Positions 9,274-16,231 of a DNA stretch of 31,808 nt are shown here, one piece after another. The DNA comes from a virus: UHGV virus genome UHGV-0195917. One strand, 5' to 3'. A program made the translations under genes and the position numbers. Under the pieces are notes generated by a model. It had not been told where the DNA came from and ran no database searches. It was given only the letters and a program-made list of their open reading frames with translations. Positions within the stretch are counted from its first letter, which is position 1; the number at the start of each line of letters is the position of its first letter.

Positions 9274-9299
9274 GTTTTGCAAAAAAAGTTCGGATTTTT

Positions 9300-9662
9300 T
9301 CAAAAATTTTTCCGGTTAAAAGCCCCGACCAGCTGCGCCAGCATAAGACGAAGATATGGCGGGCATTTAGATATGCCGCGCTCCCAATCTTCCAATGAAC
9401 GGTAGGGAATACAAAATTTGTCGCAAAATTTCCGCTGCGTCAGCCCAGTATGTCGCCGGATATCTCGCACGCTGAGATGCGCGACGTCCCATAAGCTTTC
9501 CAGCTGATCCAGCAGATAGAGGTCCGGATCGGCGTCGTCCGGGATTTCGTCCTGCTCGATCTCGGCACCGTGATGCATCCAGTAGTCCAGGAAAGCATCC
9601 CGGCCATCGGCCGGGAGCGACACCGCAGCGGAAAAAATATCGTGGAAATGCTTGTCATCCAT
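9300..9662 (-). CDS. HTH regulator with acidic N-domain (Aca-like)
   Basis: C-terminal XRE HTH IRRHTGLTQRKFCDKFCIPYRSLEDWERG. GAGGTG SD. Last gene of a small-gene operon whose promoter holds a palindrome. Confidence 0.75.
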   Translation of the reverse strand: MDDKHFHDIFSAAVSLPADGRDAFLDYWMHHGAEIEQDEIPDDADPDLYLLDQLESLWDVAHLSVRDIRRHTGLTQRKFCDKFCIPYRSLEDWERGISKCPPYLRLMLAQLVGAFNRKNF

Positions 9663-9683
9663 GGGGGATCACCTCAAATTCGT

Positions 9684-9698
9684 TTAATTTTTTTCCAT
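9684..9698 (-). pseudogene. 4-codon mini-ORF (MEKN*) with full translation-start module; probable deleted-gene remnant
   Basis: AGAAAGGATGTCAAATC-ATGGAAAA is nearly identical to the start of the 10122 gene (AGAAAGGATGCAAAATC-ATGGAAAA). Confidence 0.45.
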
Positions 9699-9725
9699 GA
9701 TTTGACATCCTTTCTCATCGTGCAT

Positions 9726-9745
9726 CCGGGGGCTTTCGCCCCCGG
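9726..9745. repeat. GC-rich intergenic hairpin
   Basis: CCGGGGGC-TTTC-GCCCCCGG (GAAA loop on the coding strand). CGCCCCCGGC recurs at 10155-10164. Confidence 0.7.
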
Positions 9746-9759
9746 CGCGGTTTTAGTGT

Positions 9760-10122
9760 TTACAGGCATCCGATGCGGTGGCACTTTTCGATGACGCTCA
9801 TGTCGTTCCACTCGTCGATCTTTTGGTTGATTTCTTCCGTCATCGCTTCGATGGCTTCGCGGAAAGCGTCGCTTTCTGTGTCCCAGCGTCCGTAGATTTC
9901 GCCGATGTCGCTGTCATCATCTTCAAGCCACTCGCGGTACTCGTCGTCTGTCATGCCGGTGACGCCGGTGATTTCCGGGTAGTACATGACGTACTCATCG
10001 AAGTGCTCGCTTTTGTCCTCCACTCTGATGCTGATCCGGAGATCGCCATCGTCGTCCAGCTCAAGCGCAGCATAGTCGGTCATCCAAAGGTCGAACATTT
10101 TTTCAGTAGTGAAATTTTCCAT
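9760..10122 (-). CDS. Small highly acidic hypothetical protein (anti-defence candidate)
   Basis: 120 aa with 36 D/E versus 10 K/R by hand count. AGAAAGGA SD. Confidence 0.75.
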   Translation of the reverse strand: MENFTTEKMFDLWMTDYAALELDDDGDLRISIRVEDKSEHFDEYVMYYPEITGVTGMTDDEYREWLEDDDSDIGEIYGRWDTESDAFREAIEAMTEEINQKIDEWNDMSVIEKCHRIGCL

Positions 10123-10174
10123 GATTTTGCATCCTTTCTGGGCGGGTTAGCCGCCGCCCCCGGCTATTTTTTAT

Positions 10175-10525
10175 TTATAAGTTCCCAAGATGTTCCGCCA
10201 GGCGTTTCGCAAGCTGGCACATAGCACCATAGAAAACCGGATTCTCAGGCGTGCAATATCTGTAAACGCCGGACACACGATAAAGATGCGGATCGTACTC
10301 ATCATCACGAAGCCCCATCAGCTTCGCACCATCGACACTAACGTCCACACAGCACTCATCGTCCCAATGAGAACCTGGAACCCAAACCATAAAATAGACC
10401 AAACCGGTTTTACGATCGATGTTGGTTTTTCCACGCAGGGAATTCCACCAAGCATACGCATGATCAACGGTCACATTTTTCATCCCTTTATGGGGGAACT
10501 CTTTAACTTCAATAAACTTTTTCAT
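10175..10525 (-). CDS. Hypothetical protein, apparent distant paralogue of 9760-10122
   Basis: 116 aa from ATG 10525 with AGAAAGGA SD. First gene after the 10574-10614 promoter. Confidence 0.72.
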   Translation of the reverse strand: MKKFIEVKEFPHKGMKNVTVDHAYAWWNSLRGKTNIDRKTGLVYFMVWVPGSHWDDECCVDVSVDGAKLMGLRDDEYDPHLYRVSGVYRYCTPENPVFYGAMCQLAKRLAEHLGNL

Positions 10526-10573
10526 GGTAGACATCCTTTCTAAAAGTGAGGGTTTTGTTATTTCTCTTGATCT

Positions 10574-10614
10574 TGTGATTATATTATACCACGGAATCCG
10601 TGGAAAGTCAAGAG
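10574..10614 (-). promoter_or_regulatory. Promoter with palindromic operator (copy 2)
   Basis: Minus strand TTGACT, 17 bp, TATAAT. Perfect inverted repeat CCACGGA-N-TCCGTGG at 10589-10603. Confidence 0.87.
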
Positions 10615-10682
10615 CTTTTACGAAAAAAACTTAAAAAATTTTTTCTTCCATCAATCACCAAAAAAGCAAATCCAAATCGGTT

Positions 10683-10966
10683 TTTGCCGCACTTTTTGCC
10701 GCACTTTTGCCGCACTTTTGCCCTTTGCCGCACCCCTGCCGCAGCCGTTTTGCACCCAAATGCACCTAAAATCCCCTTTGAAAAACGATACAAAAAATGC
10801 CAGTTTATCGCGATATACCGCAGCAAACCGGCACTTTCAAAGATCGGGCGTTAAAATATCCGCTAAATGGTAAAATGACAAGCATTTATTATGTTTTTTT
10901 CAAAATATCGCATGATAGCGCGGAAAATTTGGCTCCCATTTTACCCTTGCCGCACTTTTGCCGCAC
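10683..10966. repeat. Putative attP with arm-type integrase repeats (TTTGCCGCAC)
   Basis: Four full copies at 10683, 10695, 10706 and 10724. Two more at 10947 (9/10) and 10957, at the int 3' end. They flank an AT-rich non-coding gap directly downstream of int. Confidence 0.7.
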
Positions 10967-12050
10967 TTTCAGAAATTTCCGCTTTATGGGATTCCCTGTA
11001 ATCCCGCAGGGCTTGCTCTGCTGAAATTTCCATTTCATCCGTAAAATGGGTGTAGACGTTCGCTGTCATTTTTATGTCAGCATGTCCCATAAGTACCTTT
11101 GCGATGTTGAGCGGGACGCCTGCCGCTTGCATATCCGTGGCAAAAGTATGCCGCAGGCAGTATGCGGTGAGATCGGGCGCGAGCTTTGACACGGCTATGA
11201 GCTTTCCGCGCATCACAGCGCCCATCTCGATGTCCAGAGCGCGTCGAAAGCTCCGCCATAGCGCTGAACCGGTGTACTGATCTGGCGGCGTCACGCCGTC
11301 TTCCTTTGTAAAAATATGGACAGATCGAGCCTTGCGCTTTGCGGCTTGAAGATCGTCCATCAGCTCCGGTGGAGCTGGGACGCGACGCACACCGGCGCGT
11401 GTCTTGGTGGTGCCCCGCCATATCGAGTGGGACACAGATATGACGCCGCGCGGAAAATCGATATCCGACCACAGCAGATCGAGCGCTTCCGATGGACGCA
11501 GCCCGCAGTACAGCATGATTTTGACCCACAGACCAGCGCGGTGCGTCTCAGCGACTTTTAGTATGGCGGCGCGCTCCGCTTCGGTGATCGACCTGTGCGT
11601 GCCCTCCCATGTCTCTGGTAACTTTATCCCTCGCATGGGATTTTTCGGTATAATATCATCGTTCACTGCGCATTCCAGTATTTGGAATGCAGTTACGTGG
11701 ATTCTTCGGACTTTGCTCCTGCTTTCCCCAGCGTGCGATGATAGTATGCGAGCGCAGTGGCTTCGCCGGATGTCGGAAATACTTAAATTCCCAACTATTG
11801 GATTTATATGTAACCGTATATCCGCCTCATACGACTGGCAAGTTTTTTTGGCAACTGTACCCTTTTTATACGTTTCGAGCCAATATGCTGCATAGTCTTT
11901 GAATTTTGTATTACTGTTCATGACAGTAATCCCATTTTCAACCTTTATCCGCGCTTCCAGTATCTTTTTTTCCAGCTCCGCTTGGCTATCGGCCCGGATG
12001 GTCATCCGCCGCCCGCCCGGCAAAGTGATATCTTTTCTAAATTTTTGCAT
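10941..12050 (-). CDS. int: Tyrosine integrase
   Basis: Catalytic motifs GLRPSE (R), TKT (K), YCLRH, MGH and VYTH (Y). SAM-like core-binding domain. GAAAGGAG SD. Confidence 0.95.
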   Translation of the reverse strand: MQKFRKDITLPGGRRMTIRADSQAELEKKILEARIKVENGITVMNSNTKFKDYAAYWLETYKKGTVAKKTCQSYEADIRLHINPIVGNLSISDIRRSHCARILSSHAGESRSKVRRIHVTAFQILECAVNDDIIPKNPMRGIKLPETWEGTHRSITEAERAAILKVAETHRAGLWVKIMLYCGLRPSEALDLLWSDIDFPRGVISVSHSIWRGTTKTRAGVRRVPAPPELMDDLQAAKRKARSVHIFTKEDGVTPPDQYTGSALWRSFRRALDIEMGAVMRGKLIAVSKLAPDLTAYCLRHTFATDMQAAGVPLNIAKVLMGHADIKMTANVYTHFTDEMEISAEQALRDYRESHKAEISESAAKVRQG

Positions 12051-12068
12051 TTTTGTGCTCCTTTCCGC

Positions 12069-12097
12069 TTGACATTTCGCGCTTTATATAGTAAGAT
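12069..12097 (+). promoter_or_regulatory. Promoter pointing away from int, antisense to the int leader
   Basis: TTGACA (12069-12074), 17 bp, TAAGAT (12092-12097). Confidence 0.65.
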
Positions 12098-12338
12098 GTA
12101 GATGCACTCGACATGATGTGCATCCTTTCTCTGTATGTGGGGGTTTTCCCCAGCGGCCGGGGTTTGGCTCACCCCCTTTTCCCGGCCGCCCCTTGTGTGG
12201 CTTTTTCCTCTTTTTCATTGATACATCTCCTTTGGAAAATTCCGGTCATGTGCTTCAACTGTCTTTCGCACGTGGCCGGGATTTTTTGTATTGTCGGCAA
12301 CGTCTCGATTTGGTAATAATTTTTCCATAATTTACTCA

Positions 12339-12367
12339 TAGACTTTTTGAAATTGCACGCGTATAAT
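12339..12367 (+). promoter_or_regulatory. Promoter of the ImmA-like gene
   Basis: TAGACT, 17 bp, TATAAT, about 20 nt upstream of ATG 12387. Confidence 0.6.
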
Positions 12368-12386
12368 TATTTTGTGGTGACAAATT

Positions 12387-12950
12387 ATGAACTTTAGGGA
12401 CTATGAGAAATCGCGTGATAGCGCGTGGAAAATACTGATCGACTGCCACGTGGGTGGCCTCCCGGTTGAAGTGACTGGCATATGCCATCATCTCGGCATC
12501 TGTATACGCGCGCTGGATGTGGACGATATGCGCGACGGCGTGAGTACGGTCATCGACGGTGTGCCATATATCGGGATTAACCGCTTTCGGCCGGTCGAGC
12601 GGATACGCTTTACCATAGCGCACGAAGTCGGCCATATCATCCTGGGACACGTCGGCCGATATGACCATATAAATCGCGAGCCGTCCATGACAGATAACCC
12701 CATCGAGCACGCCGCGGACGTCTTTGCGTCGCGACTGCTAGCTCCGTCGTGTGTGCTGTGGGGGTGCCGGGTGCGCTGTGCAGAGGATATCCGGATACTA
12801 TGCGGCATCAGCCACGCCGCGTCCGTGTACCGCTGGGAGCGGATGCGCGTGCTGTACCAGCGAGGAAAATTTTTCAAATCCCCGCTAGAACGACAAGTGT
12901 ATTCCGAATTTTGGGATTTCATTCAGCACCATCAGTTTCCAGCTGTGTAG
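12387..12950 (+). CDS. immA: ImmA/IrrE family metallopeptidase (anti-repressor)
   Basis: RFTIAHEVGH (HExxH) and EHAADVFASRLLAP motifs. Located between int and the repressors. Confidence 0.9.
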   Translation: MNFRDYEKSRDSAWKILIDCHVGGLPVEVTGICHHLGICIRALDVDDMRDGVSTVIDGVPYIGINRFRPVERIRFTIAHEVGHIILGHVGRYDHINREPSMTDNPIEHAADVFASRLLAPSCVLWGCRVRCAEDIRILCGISHAASVYRWERMRVLYQRGKFFKSPLERQVYSEFWDFIQHHQFPAV

Positions 12951-13710
12951 TGGACGACACCCGGTACGCTTCCAGGCTCAAAATGGCATCTACGACGGCT
13001 TTTCCGTGCGCGTCGAGCGAACGGATTTTTTTTATATACAACTTTTCTTCGTCCGTGAAGATATCGCCGCTTTCGGGTGTGCCGAAATCGCAAAAATCAT
13101 ACAAATTTCTTCCCAACGCTTGTGAAATTGCCGCGATATTGCTCCACGTGGGGGATTTTGATATTCCGGCAACGATTTTATTTATGGTACTTTTTGGCAC
13201 ACCGGATTTTTCAGCGAGTTCATCGATCGTCAGCCCGGCGGCCTTTCTGTACATCGATATTTTTTCGCCTATCGGTATCGAATCGAAAGATTCCGGCCTT
13301 AAATTTCCTGTGCCTATCGATTTTACATCAAGACCCACTGCGCCGAAAATTTTTGTTACGATTCCGACACCGGCATTTGAAATTCCGCGTTGCAATATGG
13401 AATATATGGTTGAACCTAGGATTCCTATATCATTTGCCAAATCTGCGATAGAACCGTATTTTTTACATATCTCACGTCGAAGCTGCTCTTCCTCAGAAAG
13501 CGATTCTTCTTTTTCTTGATCCATCAGCAAAGAATTCGCATCGCACCCAAGCGCCTGCATGAGCTTTTGCAAAATCTCTTTGCGGGGCATACTGACATTA
13601 TTCTCATAATTTGCTATTGCACTGGCTGTCACGCCGACTATTTCCGCAAGCTGCTCCTGCGTCAACCCGGCTTCCTGTCGAAAATCCCGAAGATTTGTCG
13701 AAAAACTCAT
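12919..13710 (-). CDS. Triple XRE-HTH protein B with CI-like C-terminal helix
   Basis: Three HTH domains (aa ~1-63, ~72-137, ~147-207) and tail EEKLYIKKIRSLDAHGKAVVDAIL. AAGGAG SD. Confidence 0.85.
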   Translation of the reverse strand: MSFSTNLRDFRQEAGLTQEQLAEIVGVTASAIANYENNVSMPRKEILQKLMQALGCDANSLLMDQEKEESLSEEEQLRREICKKYGSIADLANDIGILGSTIYSILQRGISNAGVGIVTKIFGAVGLDVKSIGTGNLRPESFDSIPIGEKISMYRKAAGLTIDELAEKSGVPKSTINKIVAGISKSPTWSNIAAISQALGRNLYDFCDFGTPESGDIFTDEEKLYIKKIRSLDAHGKAVVDAILSLEAYRVSSTTQLETDGAE

Positions 13711-13713
13711 TTT

Positions 13714-14538
13714 TTACACTCCTTCACATCTTTCCGCTTCTTTTTCAAGCACAAAATCAACCATTTCCCTGCCATGCACGTCTAATATGCGGTATTTCCC
13801 CAACATTTCCATTTCTTCTTTTGATGGCGTGGGTTTCGGCGCGGCGGGCAGTCCGAGAAGATCGTTGGCGGATATGCCCAATTCTTTGCAAATCGTTTTT
13901 ATCATGTCTGCGTTCGGACGATTTATGCCAAGCTCCCAATTTGACAATCTTCCGGGAGATATATCCAATTTTTGTGCAAACTTTTTTTGTGACAGGCCAG
14001 CGCTTTCTCTCAGTGAACGGATTCTTTGTCCTATATCATAATTTTTTATTTCTGCCCCATCATCCCCGTGCGTCCCAAGAAGATACGATGGCGGAATTTC
14101 CAATGCTGCTGCCAATTTTTGTATCATATCACGCTTTAAGTCAATGCGACTGTTTTCATACTTGCAAACGGCCTGTTTTTGTACGCCAATCATTTTCCCA
14201 AGTTCTTCCTGCGTCATTCCGAGTTCAAGACGTCTGCATCGTATAAGTGATCCTATATCCATTATTACATTTTGTGGTAAATTTCGGCGCCCTGAGATGT
14301 TGGATATCTGTTCAATTTTTTCGGATTCTGGATATTCCTGGAATTCCTTTAATATATTTTCCACTTTGTAGATTTTACAAAGCAGCATCAGCATCTCGAT
14401 ATCTGGCTGGCCACGGCCATTTTCCCATGCGTTCACGGCCTTCCCGCTTCTCCCTATCATGGTGCCGACCTGATCGGCAGTAAGACCTTGATTTTCACGC
14501 ATTCTTTTCAGCGCTTTCGCGATAAATTCCCTCGACAA
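13714..14538 (-). CDS. Triple XRE-HTH protein A with CI-like C-terminal helix
   Basis: Three HTH domains (aa ~1-66, ~93-155, ~168-229) and tail EEMEMLGKYRILDVHGREMVDFVLEKEAER. AAGGAG SD with TTG start. Confidence 0.87.
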   Translation of the reverse strand: MSREFIAKALKRMRENQGLTADQVGTMIGRSGKAVNAWENGRGQPDIEMLMLLCKIYKVENILKEFQEYPESEKIEQISNISGRRNLPQNVIMDIGSLIRCRRLELGMTQEELGKMIGVQKQAVCKYENSRIDLKRDMIQKLAAALEIPPSYLLGTHGDDGAEIKNYDIGQRIRSLRESAGLSQKKFAQKLDISPGRLSNWELGINRPNADMIKTICKELGISANDLLGLPAAPKPTPSKEEMEMLGKYRILDVHGREMVDFVLEKEAERCEGV

Positions 14539-14585
14539 AAAACCACTCCTTGCGTCTATAAAGGATGATAATGCTCGTGTATCTT

Positions 14586-15080
14586 CTATATCTTTTCGGT
14601 AAATTCTGGTAAATTCCGGATCGCATCCGCTTCTTCCTCGGTGATATCCTTTTCCTCGAAAGAACCATCAAAACCAGCGATTTTGACGTGGTACATCTTT
14701 GGTGTAGGTGCAGCTTCCGCGGCAACCCGCTCCGCTTCCTTTTCCAAAACTAAATTTACCATTTCTTTCCCATATTCGTCCAGCGTGTGATATTTTCTTA
14801 TAAGCGCGAGATCAGCAGCGGTTACGGGTGTGAGCGCGATGTTGGCATCTTCCCTTTCGGCTTTATCTCTTTGGAGGTCAGAAATCCGTATACCAAGAAC
14901 ATCCGCCAGTTTTTGTGCTTTTTCAGGCCGCGGATATTTTTTCCCGCTAAACCAATCGGACACTGTGGCGGTGCTCACCCCCAATCTTGTCGCGATTTCA
15001 ACCTGCGTAATGCCGCTTTGCTTTTGGTACCAACGCAAATTATCGGCAAAAATTGCCCTTGCTTCACTTTCTGTCGGCAT
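14586..15080 (-). CDS. cI: CI-like immunity repressor (ImmR type)
   Basis: N-terminal XRE HTH, KYHTLDEYGKEMVNLVLEKEAER helix and an extra tail with KIAGFDG. Divergent from cro. GAAAGGA SD before ATG 15080. Confidence 0.85.
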   Translation of the reverse strand: MPTESEARAIFADNLRWYQKQSGITQVEIATRLGVSTATVSDWFSGKKYPRPEKAQKLADVLGIRISDLQRDKAEREDANIALTPVTAADLALIRKYHTLDEYGKEMVNLVLEKEAERVAAEAAPTPKMYHVKIAGFDGSFEEKDITEEEADAIRNLPEFTEKI

Positions 15081-15102
15081 AAACTCACTTCCTTTCATAG
15101 CT

Positions 15103-15190
15103 ATTATATCACGCTAAAAGCGAAAAAATCAAGCGTTTTTTCAAAAAAATTGATTTTTAGCTTGACAATTAGCTTTTAGCGAGTTATAAT
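15103..15190. promoter_or_regulatory. Primary lysis/lysogeny switch: divergent promoters with operators
   Basis: Rightward TTGACA (15162), 17 bp, TATAAT (15185). Leftward TTGATT, 18 bp, TGnTATAAT (15103-15132). Palindromes CGCTAAAAGCG (15112) and TAGCTTTTAGCGA (15170); a third copy TTAGCTTTAAGCTAA at 15417. Confidence 0.85.
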
Positions 15191-15218
15191 AGAAGTGCAA
15201 AAGGAGGGGATTGAAAAA

Positions 15219-15413
15219 ATGCCTGAAAAAATCACACTCGCAGCAGCAAGAGTAAATGCCGGATTATCTCAAAAAGATGCAGCAAAGCTGATTGGCGTCA
15301 GCCCGGCCACACTTCGCAACTACGAAACTGGGAAAACATCCCCGGGATGGGGTGTTGTAAGAAAAATTGAAAAAGTCTATGGTATGTCAATCGACTATAT
15401 TTTTTTACCGTAA
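15219..15413 (+). CDS. cro: Cro-like repressor
   Basis: 64-aa XRE HTH (ITLAAARVNAGLSQKDAAKLIGVS). First rightward gene of the switch, with GGAGG SD. Confidence 0.88.
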   Translation: MPEKITLAAARVNAGLSQKDAAKLIGVSPATLRNYETGKTSPGWGVVRKIEKVYGMSIDYIFLP

Positions 15414-15449
15414 AAGTTAGCTTTAAGCTAATAGAAAGGATGACGCAAG

Positions 15450-15507
15450 TGAGAAAAGAAAAAGGCGCAGCCCTCACACCGCAGGAGCGGGAGCTGCGCA
15501 CGATGAA
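15450..15507. repeat. 58-bp direct repeat, copy 1 (also a leftward intrinsic terminator)
   Basis: 57/58 identical to 16131-16188. GCGCAGC...GCTGCGC stem followed on the minus strand by CTTTTTCTTTTC. Confidence 0.9.
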
Positions 15508-15518
15508 GATGTGATCCC

Positions 15519-15737
15519 TCAGCGGTTCATCTCGGGGTTGTCCGTCCGGCCGCAGAGGTAGTCGAGCGACACGCCGTAGAAGTCAGCGAGGGAAATTAAG
15601 ACCGTAGCAGATGGAATGACTTTACCATACTCATAGGACTGATAAAGCCTTTCAGCAACACCGGCACCCGCGGCGGCTTGCTTTTGCGTGATACCAAGAG
15701 ATTTTCTGAATCGTTTAAAAGCATCTGATAATTCCAT
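15519..15737 (-). CDS. Small XRE repressor of a second switch
   Basis: 72-aa HTH ending LADFYGVSLDYLCGRTDNP. Recognition helix ERLYQSYEY. Confidence 0.88.
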   Translation of the reverse strand: MELSDAFKRFRKSLGITQKQAAAGAGVAERLYQSYEYGKVIPSATVLISLADFYGVSLDYLCGRTDNPEMNR

Positions 15738-15769
15738 GACAATACCCCCAAAAAGATTTTAAAAAGGTA

Positions 15770-15826
15770 TTGACACGATATAAATAGCGTGATATAATAA
15801 TATCAGATCACGATAAATATAGCGTG
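15770..15826 (+). promoter_or_regulatory. Second switch promoter with two 18-bp operators
   Basis: TTGACA (15770), 17 bp, TGnTATAAT (15793). Operators CACGATATAAATAGCGTG (15774-15791) and CACGATAAATATAGCGTG (15809-15826). Confidence 0.88.
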
Positions 15827-15849
15827 CAATCCCGGAAAGAGAGGACGAT

Positions 15850-16041
15850 GTGAACATGAAGCTACGCGCAGCCCGCGAGGCGTCCGGTAAGACGCAGGCG
15901 CAGGTTGCAAGGGAAGTCCAAATCAGCGAGCGCATGTATCAGTCATATGAGTATGACAGATGCGAACCCGGCGTGCAGACGGCAATCCGCATCGCTCGGG
16001 TGCTGAAATCCACCGTCGAAGCGCTTTTCAGTGATGATTGA
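15850..16041 (+). CDS. Cro-like XRE protein of the second switch
   Basis: 63-aa HTH with recognition helix ERMYQSYEY. The start could instead be ATG 15856. Confidence 0.87.
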   Translation: MNMKLRAAREASGKTQAQVAREVQISERMYQSYEYDRCEPGVQTAIRIARVLKSTVEALFSDD

Positions 16042-16070
16042 ATTATAGCACGGACGGCGGAGAAAAGCAA
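16042..16070 (-). promoter_or_regulatory. Leftward promoter antisense to the second cro-like gene
   Basis: Minus strand TTGCTT, 17 bp, TGnTATAAT. Confidence 0.65.
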
Positions 16071-16130
16071 GAAGATTTTTTGAGACAGAAAGGATGACGC
16101 GAGTGCGACTGATAGAAAAAATGAAGCGGC

Positions 16131-16188
16131 TGAGAAAAGAAAAAGGCGCAGCCCTCACACCGCAAGAGCGGGAGCTGCGCACGATGAA
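16131..16188. repeat. 58-bp direct repeat, copy 2 (leftward terminator)
   Basis: 57/58 identical to 15450-15507. Confidence 0.9.
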
Positions 16189-16231
16189 CATCCTGATCTT
16201 TAGCATCATAGCGGTGCAGTCGATCACGACA

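Noticed and set aside
8670..9398. 242-aa + strand ORF across the RNA/GNAT region
   Set aside because: It crosses a terminator and two promoters, is antisense to the GNAT, and has no SD.
10683..10745. Tandem TTTGCCGCAC repeats as a CRISPR array or replication iterons
   Set aside because: Units are 10-12 bp with no spacers, and they recur at the int 3' end. Arm-type att sites explain them better.
11145..11165. Integrase YCLRH instead of HxLRH as a sign of inactivation
   Set aside because: Tyr at this position occurs in functional tyrosine recombinases, and the other catalytic residues are intact.
12143..12166. GTTTTCCCCAGCGGCCGGGGTTTG as a second I-E repeat
   Set aside because: The inner bases do not pair and the GTGATCC-type 3' end is absent. 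These bases are better explained by the local hairpins.
12084..12218. 44-codon minus-strand ORF (MKKRKKPHKG...) behind an AAAGGAG SD
   Set aside because: It crosses GC hairpins and has low-complexity, non-protein-like composition. At most a remnant.
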